From an uncultured Veillonellaceae bacterium (GTDB taxonomy: Bacteria > Bacillota > Negativicutes > Veillonellales > Megasphaeraceae): DNA of 64,000 bases. Position 1 is the stretch's first letter; every line of letters starts with the position of its first letter. The notes beneath the pieces are model-generated. The model saw only the letters and a list, made by a program, of their open reading frames with translations. It was not told the origin of the DNA and ran no database searches. Made by a program: the position numbers and the translations under genes. Positions 1 through 10,935 of the stretch are shown in pieces. The DNA lies in the NCBI GenBank assembly GCA_900546795.1, contig UREG01000001.1, forward strand, positions 29,845 through 93,844. Reading direction: 5' to 3'.

Positions 1-297
1 GTATACTTCAAAGCCCTGTTTCTCAAAATATTTCGCCATCAGTTTTGCTTCCTGATTGATGCCGATGCAAAACGCCATGCCGATTTTTTTATAACCCATC
101 TGTTTTGCAAATTCCGCCGTTTCTTCCAGCCGAGTCAGCTCATTGTAATATGTCGCTTCTACATATGCGGCGGCTTTCATCATTTTGATTTCGTCTTCCG
201 TATACTGTGCCTGCACAAGGTCATGAGCCACGCCGGTACAGTTTACGCCTTTTGTATAACATGCTTTTGTTTTGCAGTTTACGCAATCACATCTCAT
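1..297 (-). CDS. Partial, N-terminal part. Cys-rich protein (MRCDCVNCKTKACY...), possibly DUF1847-like. The gene continues past the left window edge.
   Basis: Reverse-strand ORF with an ATG at 295-297 preceded by an AAAGAGGTG RBS. No stop codon before the window edge. N-terminal CxCxxC motif. Family assignment is tentative. Confidence 0.45.
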   Translation of the reverse strand, partial: MRCDCVNCKTKACYTKGVNCTGVAHDLVQAQYTEDEIKMMKAAAYVEATYYNELTRLEETAEFAKQMGYKKIGMAFCIGINQEAKLMAKYFEKQGFEVY

Positions 298-398
298 TGG
301 GTACACCTCTTTTATGAATATAGAGAAACAGGGCCGACGATAGTATACCGCCGGCGTCTATTTCTATGGACCTACGTATAGAATAATTTATTTTCCGC

Positions 399-779
399 TT
401 ATTTGCAAGCGGCGATCACTTCGATCTCTACCAGCGCGCCTTTCGGCAGTTTTGCGATTTCTACGCAGGACCGAGCCGGGAAATCTGCCGTGAAATACTG
501 GCTGTATACGCCGTTTACAGCTGCAAAGTCATCCATATGCTGAATGAATACGGTCGTTTTCACCACGTCGGACAGTTCCAATCCTTCTGTCGCTAAAATC
601 GCCTGTACATTTTTCAAAGACTGATGCGCCTGTGCTTCCACGCCGCCGGGAGCAAATTCTCCCGTTGCCGGATCTACCGGAAGCTGACCGGATACGAACA
701 CGAATCCATTGGCTTTGATCGCCTGGGAATACGGCCCGATAGCAGCCGGCGCTTTATCTGTAAACACTACTGTTTTCAT
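399..779 (-). CDS. ridA: RidA/YjgF/TdcF-family reactive intermediate (enamine/imine) deaminase.
   Basis: 126 aa. N-terminal KAPAAIGPYSQA and C-terminal PARSCVEV...EIEVIA motifs are typical of RidA. Confidence 0.9.
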   Translation of the reverse strand: MKTVVFTDKAPAAIGPYSQAIKANGFVFVSGQLPVDPATGEFAPGGVEAQAHQSLKNVQAILATEGLELSDVVKTTVFIQHMDDFAAVNGVYSQYFTADFPARSCVEIAKLPKGALVEIEVIAACK

Positions 780-797
780 TTCATTACCTCTTCTTTT

Positions 798-1973
798 TTA
801 TTTGCGCAGCGTTTTTACTGCTTTTTCGATTCTTTCCAATGCTTCTACGAGCTGTACTCTCGGGCAGGCGATGTTAAGACGCATGAAGCCGTCGCCGCCA
901 GGTCCGAACGTATAGCCGTCGTTCATAGCTACTTTTGCTTCTTTAAGGAAGAAGTCCATCATCGTTTTGTGATCCATGCCCAATGCGCGGCAGTCTACCC
1001 AGATCAGATACGTTGCCTGGATTTCGCCGACTTTCATTTCCGGTACTCTTTCTTTTAAGAATGCCTGCATGTATTCCAAGTTGCCCTGGAGATATTCCAT
1101 CAGCTGATCTGCATAGTAGTCGCATTGGCTGTATGCCGTTTCTACTGCCAGCGTACCGAAGATATTCCGGCCGAACGCTTTCAGGTTTTCCAGTTCTGCA
1201 TAGAACAGGTCATGGTTGTTGCGGTTCGGAATAATCGCTGCGCCCGTACGGAAGCCGGCGATGTTAAACGTTTTGCTCGGGTTTACGCAAACTACGCAGT
1301 TGTTGGCTGCATCGTCGTTTACGCTGCCGAACGGAATATGAGTATAGCCTTTATATACGATATCAGAATGAATTTCATCGGATACAACGAATACATTGTA
1401 TTTTTTGCACAAAGCTGCCATGCGTTCCAATTCTTCCCGAGTAAATACGCGGCCCGTCGGGTTGTGCGGATTGCACAAGAGGAACATGGTCGTCCGCGGC
1501 TCAGCCAGCAGGGATTCAAAGTTTTCCCAATCGATGTTCCACGTACCTTTTTCTTCGTCGTGGATCAGCGGATTCGGAGCGATGAAGCGGCCGCTGTGCG
1601 GGATAACGGAATGGAACGGATGGTATGCCGGCATCATGACGACAACGCTGTCCCCCGGATTCGTAAACGCGCGCATTGCATATACGATTGCCGGGATAAC
1701 TGCCGGAGTATATTCTACCCATTCCGGATCAATGTCCCAGCCGAAACGGCGGTGCTGCCAGCCAGCGATCGCTTTTTCATAAGAACGGTTGATGCACGGA
1801 TATCCATAGATATCATGTTCCGCACGTTTTCTGATAGCGTCCAATACCGGCTGCGGGCATTTGAAGTCCGTATCCGCAATCCACATTGGTATTACGTCTT
1901 CGCCATAGGTATCCCATTTTTTGCAGTTCGTTCCCATTCGGTTTGTTGTTGCATCAAAATCATGTTTTAACAT
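798..1973 (-). CDS. patB: PLP-dependent C-S lyase, class I/II aminotransferase fold (cystathionine beta-lyase PatB/MalY family).
   Basis: 391 aa with MalY/PatB-like sequence throughout. AAGGAG RBS. Lies immediately upstream of ridA in an operon-like arrangement. Confidence 0.85.
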   Translation of the reverse strand: MLKHDFDATTNRMGTNCKKWDTYGEDVIPMWIADTDFKCPQPVLDAIRKRAEHDIYGYPCINRSYEKAIAGWQHRRFGWDIDPEWVEYTPAVIPAIVYAMRAFTNPGDSVVVMMPAYHPFHSVIPHSGRFIAPNPLIHDEEKGTWNIDWENFESLLAEPRTTMFLLCNPHNPTGRVFTREELERMAALCKKYNVFVVSDEIHSDIVYKGYTHIPFGSVNDDAANNCVVCVNPSKTFNIAGFRTGAAIIPNRNNHDLFYAELENLKAFGRNIFGTLAVETAYSQCDYYADQLMEYLQGNLEYMQAFLKERVPEMKVGEIQATYLIWVDCRALGMDHKTMMDFFLKEAKVAMNDGYTFGPGGDGFMRLNIACPRVQLVEALERIEKAVKTLRK

Positions 1974-2056
1974 GTTCGTACACTCCTTTTTTGTCGTCGT
2001 ATAATAAAATTCTGATATGCTTCGCCCGGTTTATAAGCCGGGCGTACTTGCTGTTT

Positions 2057-3415
2057 TTAGAAGTTGATGAAGATAAAGACGATATTGATGATTGCGGCTA
2101 CGGCCATCGGAATTGCCGTCCGTTTTACAATATCCACCGTGCTTACTTCTGCGATGCCGGCGATTGCTACGATCGCGCCTGCAATCGGAGATACAACACG
2201 GCCAAAGCTCGTCATGATCTGCATCGGAAGAAGCAGCGCCAGCGCCGGAATCTTCATGGAAGCTGCAATGCTCGGCACCATAGCGGCAAAGGAGAAGAAT
2301 GCAGCGTTGCCGGAGCCCATGAGGAAGGCGCAGCCAGCGATAACGAAGCAGAAGATAATGATGAGCGCATATTCGCCAAGACCCATGTTCTGCGCGCTGG
2401 TCGTCAGTGCGTCTACCGCGCCGATTTTTACAAGACCTGCGGCGAATACTTCACCGGAAACGATCAGGGAAATAACCGTTGCAAAGCTGGTTCCCATGCC
2501 GTTGAACATATTTTTCAAGCTTTCAATCGTTTCACCGAATTTTTTGATCCGGAAGAACTGGAATACCATCGCAATAAAGGTGCTGAGAAACATAGCCGTA
2601 ACTACGTTGATTTTAATCGGGCTGTTGAACAGCGGGCTGAAGCCAAGGATGAAGATCATCGGAATGATCGGCAGAATCGCGAAAATTTTCGGCGGCTCTT
2701 CGCTTTCATCTTCATCGATATGGACATTGGCCATACCGGCTACAAAACCATCCCGTTTGTCCCACCATTTCTGTACGAAGTAGTGTACCACGCCAAGGAC
2801 AACCGTCGTCGTTGCGAAAATCGGCAGCTGATACTGTACGAAATATACCGCCGGATCCAAACCTGCCACGTTGGCTGCCAGGATACAGTTGCCGGAACCG
2901 GGTCCCACGTCCATATACTGTGCGCAGCCGATAACGCCGAGAGCGGAAAGTTTGCTTACGCCGGCGCGGATCAAGATCGGATACATCGTTACCATCAGCA
3001 GCATTGCCAAGCCTGCATGGCTCGGAATAAAGAGAACCAGGAACTGGCTCATGTAAAACGTCAGCGCCAGCAGTACATACGGCGAGTTTACTTTTTTAAT
3101 CGGCGTTGCAACTACCGAAAACAGCGCCTTGCTCGCTCCTAAATATTCCATGTACTTAGCAAACCCGGCGATAGACATGATCGTAAGACCAAGACCGGCG
3201 GCCCGAGAGCTCATGATCGACTGAATCGTCTGGAAGATATCCATAAACGGTGAATGCGTCGTTGCCTTCGCGCCTAAAATACCGCTGCCGTTTATTAAAA
3301 CGGCCCATGTAAGAAGTGCCATACCGGCAATGAGGAGTACAGCCTGAGGATAATGTCTTTTCACGATCATGTACACAACCCAGGCAATTACAATAAGTGT
3401 AAAAATGATTCCCAT
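2057..3415 (-). CDS. dcuC: C4-dicarboxylate anaerobic carrier, DcuC family (IT superfamily).
   Basis: 452 aa polytopic membrane protein. Alignment with E. coli DcuC is recalled from memory (regions AILPIIP..., SGNAAFFSFAAMVP...). AGGAGG RBS. Confidence 0.75.
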   Translation of the reverse strand: MGIIFTLIVIAWVVYMIVKRHYPQAVLLIAGMALLTWAVLINGSGILGAKATTHSPFMDIFQTIQSIMSSRAAGLGLTIMSIAGFAKYMEYLGASKALFSVVATPIKKVNSPYVLLALTFYMSQFLVLFIPSHAGLAMLLMVTMYPILIRAGVSKLSALGVIGCAQYMDVGPGSGNCILAANVAGLDPAVYFVQYQLPIFATTTVVLGVVHYFVQKWWDKRDGFVAGMANVHIDEDESEEPPKIFAILPIIPMIFILGFSPLFNSPIKINVVTAMFLSTFIAMVFQFFRIKKFGETIESLKNMFNGMGTSFATVISLIVSGEVFAAGLVKIGAVDALTTSAQNMGLGEYALIIIFCFVIAGCAFLMGSGNAAFFSFAAMVPSIAASMKIPALALLLPMQIMTSFGRVVSPIAGAIVAIAGIAEVSTVDIVKRTAIPMAVAAIINIVFIFINF

Positions 3416-3640
3416 ACTAGCCTCCTGTTTTGTTTGATAGGCTTTTTATCTCAGCGATACGCCTTTATCAGTAAAATGACATTTTTTTATTATTTTGTCA
3501 ATATTTTTATCATATTTTTCTTAGTACAAAATATCATAGCCTTCTCACAGAAGACACGTCTTCTCTTTTTCCCTTTACCAAAAAATATATTTACAATTAG
3601 CCATTTTATAGTGTTTATGCGCAGTTCCGCTTATTTTTAG

Positions 3641-3696
3641 CCATAAATAACAGTCCGCAGAAGAATCCGTATCCCCTACGTTTCTTTTGCGGACTA
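3641..3696 (-). terminator. Rho-independent terminator downstream of glnK.
   Basis: Inverted repeat AGTCCGCAGAAG / CTTTTGCGGACT, followed on the minus strand by a T-rich run. Confidence 0.5.
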
Positions 3697-3736
3697 TTTT
3701 TATCTATTATTTCCATTCATTGATAATAAATTATTA

Positions 3737-4105
3737 TCATATTTCTTCGTTGTCTGTGATCGCCCGGCTTCCCTGCGTGCCCGTTCGGATGCGCATCGCG
3801 TTGTCCAGCGTATATACAAAGATCTTTCCGTCTCCGACTTTTCCCGTACAAAGAACCGCCCTCGCCGTTTCCAGGAGCTGTTCCACCGGCACGTCGCAGA
3901 TCACTGTTTCCAATTTGATATTTGGCACTAAATGGATTTCGTATTCTCTCCCCCGATAGATTTCCTTGTGCCCTTTTTGCAGGCCGCAGCCATATACCTG
4001 GCTGACCGTCATTCCTTCTACGCCGATTTGGTTCAGCGCTTCTTTGAGCGGTTCAAATTTATCCGCCCTGGTGATAATTTCCACTTTCGTTATTTTTTTA
4101 TCCAT
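3737..4105 (-). CDS. glnK: P-II nitrogen regulatory protein (GlnK type, linked to amtB).
   Basis: 122 aa with a PII-family fold signature. Immediately downstream of the ammonium transporter gene. Confidence 0.9.
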   Translation of the reverse strand: MDKKITKVEIITRADKFEPLKEALNQIGVEGMTVSQVYGCGLQKGHKEIYRGREYEIHLVPNIKLETVICDVPVEQLLETARAVLCTGKVGDGKIFVYTLDNAMRIRTGTQGSRAITDNEEI

Positions 4106-4123
4106 TCGTCTTCCCCCTTGCTA

Positions 4124-5464
4124 TCATTCAAGCCGCATGCGTTCACCGCTGATAATACTCTGCGTATAGCCCCGCTCGCCGTGTTCCTGCAAATCAAGGC
4201 CAATAATCTCTTCTTCATCGCTTACCCGAAACGGCAGGAACAGAGTAACCACTTTATACAATATATAGGTGCCCCCAACACCTAATATGATTGCGGCAAT
4301 ACTGGAAATTACCTGTGCCGTCAACAAATCGGTACTGCCGTAAAAGACGCCGTCTGCGCCGGCAGGATTGACCGAAGTCGTTGCCCACAGTCCCGTAGCG
4401 ATCGATCCCCATAGACCGCCGATGCCATGTATGCCAAACGCGTCCAGCGAATCATCATAGCCCAGCTTTTCTTTCCATACCGCAACGGATACGTAGCAAA
4501 TCACGCCGCCTACGGCGCCGATCACAACGGCGGATAAAGGAGTAACAAATCCAGCTGCCGGCGTAACGGCTACCAGACCGGCAATGCAGCCCGACACCGC
4601 CCCCAACAGCGTCGGTTTGCCGTTTCTCGTCCATTCACACAGCACCCAGCAGATCGCCGCCGCTGCCGCCGCACCCTGGGTCGATGCAAAGGCAGAAGCC
4701 GCCAATTCGTTTGCCCCCAGCGCGCTGCCTGCATTGAAGCCGAACCAACCAAACCACAGCAGCGAAGCGCCCAGCATAGTCATCGGGATATGATGAGGCA
4801 GCATAGTTTCTCTGCCGTAGCCTTTTCGTTTTCCCAGCAGCAGGCATAAGGTCAAGCCCGAAACGCCCGATAAAATATGAATGACCAGCCCGCCGGCAAA
4901 ATCAAGCGCCCCCAAAGCAAAGAGCCAGCCGCCGCCCCAAACCATATGCGCCATCGGATTATAGATAAATATCGACCACAGCAGGATAAACAGCGCAAAC
5001 GCATTGAACCGCACCCGTTCTGCAAACGCCCCCGTAATCAGCGCCGGCGTAATGACGGCAAACATACACTGGAACATTACAAAAATGAGTTCCGGTATGC
5101 GCGTCCCCGGCCAGATCTGATTCGCTGTCCCTGCCAGCCCCAGTTTGTCCAGGGATCCGACCAGGCCCGGAATCAGCCCCGATGCATCATCGCCAAACGC
5201 CATGGTGTATCCGAGCAAAATCCATTCTACCGATATCATAGCAATAATAAAGAAGCTCTGCATGATCGTCGTCAGCACATTTTTGCTCCGCACCATGCCC
5301 CCATAAAATAAAGCCAGTCCCGGCGTCATCAAAAATACCAGCGCCGCGCTGATGCACACCCAGGCAATATCGCCGCTGTCAGCGGCAGGCTCCGCAGCAA
5401 ATACCGGCATCGCCGTCCCCAAGACAGCCAGCCCTGCGGCCATGATTCGTTCTTTCCTAGTCAT
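4124..5464 (-). CDS. amtB: Ammonium transporter Amt family. The start is probably at MTRKER, 7 codons inside the ORF-track start.
   Basis: Amt/MEP/Rh signature with a signal-like N-terminus. RBS AGAGGGGGA lies upstream of the internal ATG at 5464. amtB-glnK operon. Confidence 0.9.
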   Translation of the reverse strand: MTRKERIMAAGLAVLGTAMPVFAAEPAADSGDIAWVCISAALVFLMTPGLALFYGGMVRSKNVLTTIMQSFFIIAMISVEWILLGYTMAFGDDASGLIPGLVGSLDKLGLAGTANQIWPGTRIPELIFVMFQCMFAVITPALITGAFAERVRFNAFALFILLWSIFIYNPMAHMVWGGGWLFALGALDFAGGLVIHILSGVSGLTLCLLLGKRKGYGRETMLPHHIPMTMLGASLLWFGWFGFNAGSALGANELAASAFASTQGAAAAAAICWVLCEWTRNGKPTLLGAVSGCIAGLVAVTPAAGFVTPLSAVVIGAVGGVICYVSVAVWKEKLGYDDSLDAFGIHGIGGLWGSIATGLWATTSVNPAGADGVFYGSTDLLTAQVISSIAAIILGVGGTYILYKVVTLFLPFRVSDEEEIIGLDLQEHGERGYTQSIISGERMRLE

Positions 5465-5650
5465 ACCCATTCCCCCTCTTTTCATCTCATAAAGCAGAAA
5501 CGCCCATACAGCGGATATACCGCGGTATGGGCGTCGTTGCCTGTCTTTATGTTGGTTATAGTATGCTCTTTTTGTATCCAGCCGTCAAGAAATTGAAATG
5601 CTTTCTCATTGCACTTTATTCATCGGCAATATGTATAAAACGACATGCAA

Positions 5651-5680
5651 ATAGAAAAAGGACGGATCGCGTCCGTCCTC
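5651..5680 (-). terminator. Rho-independent terminator downstream of the YheO-like regulator gene.
   Basis: GGACGGATCGCGTCCGTCC hairpin with a T-run on the minus strand. Confidence 0.6.
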
Positions 5681-5688
5681 TATGGATT

Positions 5689-6351
5689 CTATTTTTTTAC
5701 TTTACTCAAATACCGGTACATCGTAGGTTCCGAGACGCCGAGCCGTTCAGCCAGCGCCGTCACGCCGCCTTTTAAAAGGAACAGGCCGTTCTCATTCAGA
5801 TTTTCTACAATGCTCATCCGTTCCTCTAACGACAGCCGATCCGCGGGAATCGCAAAGCGGCCCAATTCTTTTTCGATCAGATTATCGATAACAGAATCGA
5901 TCGTGCCGTTAAAGTTTTCCAGCACGCTCCCATTTTGTTCGCCGTCAATATCGACAGGATTATCGCCCAGTATATCATGCTCGAGCATTTTTTTCATGCG
6001 GATATACGGACTCACGTCCATATTGATGCACAAGATACCGATGATCTGCTCTCCTTCATGAATGAAGTAGCTGGAAGAGCGGCAAATCGCATTGTCCATT
6101 CGTTTGCCATGGTAATTGGCAATAAAATCCTTACCTTCTACTTTGCCCTGCTTTAATACTTTCAAAGCAAAATCCGTGATCGGCCCGCCGACTTCCCGGC
6201 CGCTCATTTCTCCATTGGCAATGGCAATGATAGAATTTTCTGGTGTTGTCACATCATGAAGCACTACTTCGCAATGCTTTCCCAGGGCAGCGCCCAAAAA
6301 TTCCACGAGTGGAATATATCTATCCAATTTACTACTCACTACGCCACACAT
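5689..6351 (-). CDS. YheO-like transcriptional regulator (YheO-type PAS-like sensor domain plus C-terminal HTH).
   Basis: 220 aa. The C-terminal RLGVSEPTMYRYLSKVKK is a helix-turn-helix. The N-terminal region resembles the YheO/DauR family. A terminator follows at 5651-5680. Confidence 0.65.
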   Translation of the reverse strand: MCGVVSSKLDRYIPLVEFLGAALGKHCEVVLHDVTTPENSIIAIANGEMSGREVGGPITDFALKVLKQGKVEGKDFIANYHGKRMDNAICRSSSYFIHEGEQIIGILCINMDVSPYIRMKKMLEHDILGDNPVDIDGEQNGSVLENFNGTIDSVIDNLIEKELGRFAIPADRLSLEERMSIVENLNENGLFLLKGGVTALAERLGVSEPTMYRYLSKVKK

Positions 6352-6598
6352 CCTTCATGTCATTAAGTTGATAACTTTTTATCAAATCATTTAAATAGTA
6401 CCAAAATCCCTATTCTTTGGCAATAGTATTTACTAAAGTTTCAATTATCGCAATAATGGCTCATAAATTTCTTATATAGCATACATCATTTCACCATATT
6501 CCCCATTTCCCCAGCACCGGCGCCTGTTTTCACGAATGATAACGGCAAAAACAGCCGGCAAAATAATAAAGTTTAATCGGGGCGGCATTTCTTTGGCA

Positions 6599-6629
6599 AA
6601 AGAAAAATGCCTGCGTCAAGCAGGCATTT
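6599..6629 (-). terminator. Rho-independent terminator downstream of purA.
   Basis: AATGCCTGC-GTCA-AGCAGGCATT hairpin plus a T-run on the minus strand. Confidence 0.65.
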
Positions 6630-6640
6630 CCTACAGCGTA

Positions 6641-7927
<1,287 letters not shown>

Positions 7928-8065
7928 TCAACCTTCCCTTCCTATTCGTTTCTGCTGTAACTTCATTTACACATACATAACATATTATACACGAAAAACC
8001 GAACAATGCATACTGATATTTTTCAAAAAATAAGGACTAGAATGAACAAAAACCCGGCTTTCCTT

Positions 8066-9055
8066 TTATATATCGCCCCTGTCGCCATCGGCAAATATGC
8101 GCCATTTGACAGAATCGAGCCGGCAGGAAACGCCGGCTTTTATCCCGCAGCTCTCCGGCAGCTCCGCCGTCAAACAGCTGCCGTCCGCCGTGCGGAACTG
8201 GGCCCGTATATATCCGCCTTCATACGCAGCCTGCACGGTTTCGGCCTCAATCCTTCCGTCAGGCAGAACTGCCAGCTCTTCCGGCCGGCACCCGCAGATA
8301 CAGCCGGCTTTGCCAAGCTCTTCTCCCCGCACCCAGTTGGATATCCCCAAAAACCTTGCGGCTTCTATCGACGCCGGAGCGTCAAAAATGCGCTGCGGCC
8401 GGTCATGCTGGAGTATGCGGCCGCCTTGAAGCAGAGCGATTGTGTCCGATAACCGGTACGCTTCTCGTTGGTCATGGGTGATATACAGGGTGGTTACGCC
8501 TGTCCGGTCATGAAGGGTACGCAGCAATTCTCCCATTTCCCGTCGCAGGTTTTCGTCCAGCGCAGAAAGCGGCTCATCGCAAAGCAAGACGTCCGGTTCC
8601 ACGATGAGCGCCCGCCCCAGCGCAACGCGCTGCTGCTGCCCGCCGGACAAGGTAGCAGGCATGCGGTCTTCAAATCCATCCAGCTGAAGCGCGGCCAGCA
8701 TCGCCTGCACCCGTTCCCGCTGCACTTCCCGGCTTTTTTTCTGCATCTGAAGCCCAAACGCCAGATTTTCGCCTACCGTCATATGCGGAAAAAGAGCGTT
8801 ATGCTGAAACACCATCGCCATCTTCCTTCTGGCCGGCGGCAGGCCGGATATCTCCTGTCCTTTCCAAAAAATCTTCCCCTGATCTGCCGGCAGCAAACCC
8901 GCTAAAATCCGAAGGATCGTCGTCTTTCCTTCCCCGGACGGCGCCAGCAGCGTACAGAACTCGCCCGCTTCTACTTGCAGGCAGCAGTCTTTCAATACGG
9001 ATTTCCCTTGAAATGTTTTATATAAATGTTCGATAGACAACCCCTTTTTGTCCAT
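8066..9055 (-). CDS. ABC transporter ATP-binding protein with a C-terminal TOBE-like domain (PotA/ModC/CysA-like). No cognate permease is nearby. The start is probably at MDKKGL.
   Basis: Walker A variant APSGEGKTT, Q-loop, LSGGQQQRV signature, Walker B LLCDEPLSALD. RBS AAGGAAGG before the ATG at 9055. Confidence 0.85.
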   Translation of the reverse strand: MDKKGLSIEHLYKTFQGKSVLKDCCLQVEAGEFCTLLAPSGEGKTTILRILAGLLPADQGKIFWKGQEISGLPPARRKMAMVFQHNALFPHMTVGENLAFGLQMQKKSREVQRERVQAMLAALQLDGFEDRMPATLSGGQQQRVALGRALIVEPDVLLCDEPLSALDENLRREMGELLRTLHDRTGVTTLYITHDQREAYRLSDTIALLQGGRILQHDRPQRIFDAPASIEAARFLGISNWVRGEELGKAGCICGCRPEELAVLPDGRIEAETVQAAYEGGYIRAQFRTADGSCLTAELPESCGIKAGVSCRLDSVKWRIFADGDRGDI

Positions 9056-9482
9056 AGGACCACTCGCCTTCCTTTTATGACACATATTCTCACTTGTTTT
9101 TATTATAGCAGAGCGCCTTCCTTTTTTCTAATGCACCCGCTCCCGGACACTGCCACGCGATCACCCGCCAGGCTGCTCTTTCTCCTTAGCAGCAAGCAAA
9201 CCGACTCCTCCAAATGCAGGCCGGCACCGGCTTTTCCGGCAGCGCAGCTGCCGAGACGGCGCCTGCTGTGAGCGCTCTTTTTATCTGAACTCGCTGTAAT
9301 ATATCGAAATAAGATATTTTATAGAATTTACGCCAAAAATTAGTATATATGCCCAGGTTAAAATTCATTTAATTTACTATCATTTCTTCTTCATTGGTGT
9401 TAGAATAAGCTGACCTTTGAAAAAGGAAAGAAAACAATACGGGTACAAGGTTTAGGTACCTAATTAGAAGGGGGATTGATCC

Positions 9483-10814
9483 ATGAAAAAAACAGGTCGT
9501 AAAATGTCCGTTTGGCAGCTTACTGTCATCACTGCGGCCAACATGATGGGCTCCGGCATCATCATGCTTCCCACCAAACTTGCTCAAGTCGGTGCGATTT
9601 CTTTATTATCCTGGTTTATCACTGCGCTTGGGTCCATGGCTTTGGCTATGGCGTTCGTTCGCTGCGGCATGTATTCCAATACATCCGGCGGCATGGGGGG
9701 ATATGCTGAATACCGCTTCGGCAAAAGAGGACACTTTATGACTAGCTACGCATACGCCGTATCTATTGTCATTGCAAATGTAGCCATCGCTATCGCAGCT
9801 GTCGGCTATGGTTCCCAACTTTTAGAAGCTTCGCTGTCTCCAGTACAGATTTGTATGTTCACCACATTATTACTGTGGCTCGGCGTCATCTTGAATTTCC
9901 GCGGCGCAAAATATACGGGGCGTCTCAGTACGTTCACGATATTCGGCGCTATTATCCCGATCCTCGGCTTAGGAACGATCGGCTGGTTCTTCTTTGATCC
10001 GCAGATGTTCTCCCTGTCTTGGAATCCCCGGGATTACGGCTTGTTTGACGCAGTCAGCAATTCTATCGCCCTTACGCTGTGGGCGTTCCTCGGATTGGAA
10101 TCTGCGGCAGTCAATATGAACTCCGTGGAAAATCCGCAGAAAAATGTTCCTCTTGCTACGTTTTGGGGAACGCTGTTGGTAGCGGTTATATATATACTTT
10201 CTACAAATGTCATTGCCGGTATCGTACCGAATGCCGATCTGCTCCAGTCGAGCGCACCGTTCGGCCTGGCTTACGCCACGATGTTCAACGATACGATCGG
10301 CAAAATCATGATGGGCATGATGGTCGTATCCTGCTGCGGGTCGCTGTTTACCTGGCAGTTCACGCTTGCCCAGATTTTCAAAACAACGGCAGACAAAGGA
10401 TTTTTCCCGAAAATTTTCTCTCAGGTATCGAAAAGCGACACTCCGGTCAAAGGCATGCTCATCATCGTTATCATGCAGTCTTTCCTGGCGCTGATGACTA
10501 TCAGCCCGACGCTTTCGGCACAGTTTGAAATTCTTGCCAATCTGGCAGTCGTCACCAATATCATACCGTATATCCTGTGCAGCATCGCGTCTATGACGAT
10601 CATGAAACAGGCAGCGGTAACAGGCGGCACCTACCGCCGGGGCGTTTTCTTCGCTGCTGTGGCGCTGGCTTACTGCGTATATGCACTGTATACGATCGAT
10701 CCCGTTACGCTGACCGCCGGCGGCATTGCCCTCCTGGCAGGCATGATTGCGTACCAGATCGTATTCGATTATCTGCCTTCCCGCCAAGGAGCCAGAGAGC
10801 TGCCCCGCGCATAA
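9483..10814 (+). CDS. potE: APC-family basic amino acid / polyamine antiporter, closest to PotE (putrescine:ornithine) or CadB.
   Basis: 443 aa. Collinear with E. coli PotE as recalled (MMGSGIIMLPTKLA..., SGGMGGYAEY, LWAFLGLESA, MMVVSCCGSLFTWQFTLAQ). GAAGGGGGA RBS. Confidence 0.8.
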   Translation: MKKTGRKMSVWQLTVITAANMMGSGIIMLPTKLAQVGAISLLSWFITALGSMALAMAFVRCGMYSNTSGGMGGYAEYRFGKRGHFMTSYAYAVSIVIANVAIAIAAVGYGSQLLEASLSPVQICMFTTLLLWLGVILNFRGAKYTGRLSTFTIFGAIIPILGLGTIGWFFFDPQMFSLSWNPRDYGLFDAVSNSIALTLWAFLGLESAAVNMNSVENPQKNVPLATFWGTLLVAVIYILSTNVIAGIVPNADLLQSSAPFGLAYATMFNDTIGKIMMGMMVVSCCGSLFTWQFTLAQIFKTTADKGFFPKIFSQVSKSDTPVKGMLIIVIMQSFLALMTISPTLSAQFEILANLAVVTNIIPYILCSIASMTIMKQAAVTGGTYRRGVFFAAVALAYCVYALYTIDPVTLTAGGIALLAGMIAYQIVFDYLPSRQGARELPRA

Positions 10815-10935
10815 TATAGGATATCTTAAACGCTGACTTCGGTCGGCGTTTCTTTTTTCTGCCCTTTACTTGACAGCTTTTATGGGTGTCCAGTAAGATG
10901 AAAACAGCGGATATTTTAAGGAGGTATTCTTCCTC

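Noticed and set aside
2016-2037. Hairpin CGCCCGGTTTATAAGCCGGGCG between patB and dcuC as a terminator
   Set aside because: The stem is good, but no adjacent T-run follows on either strand. It may be an attenuator or an RNA-stability element instead.
1125-3142. Long plus-strand ORFs (1125-1970, 1886-3142, 2064-2783) overlapping patB and dcuC
   Set aside because: They are antisense shadow frames of well-supported minus-strand genes. They have no RBS and low-complexity Arg/Cys-rich translations.
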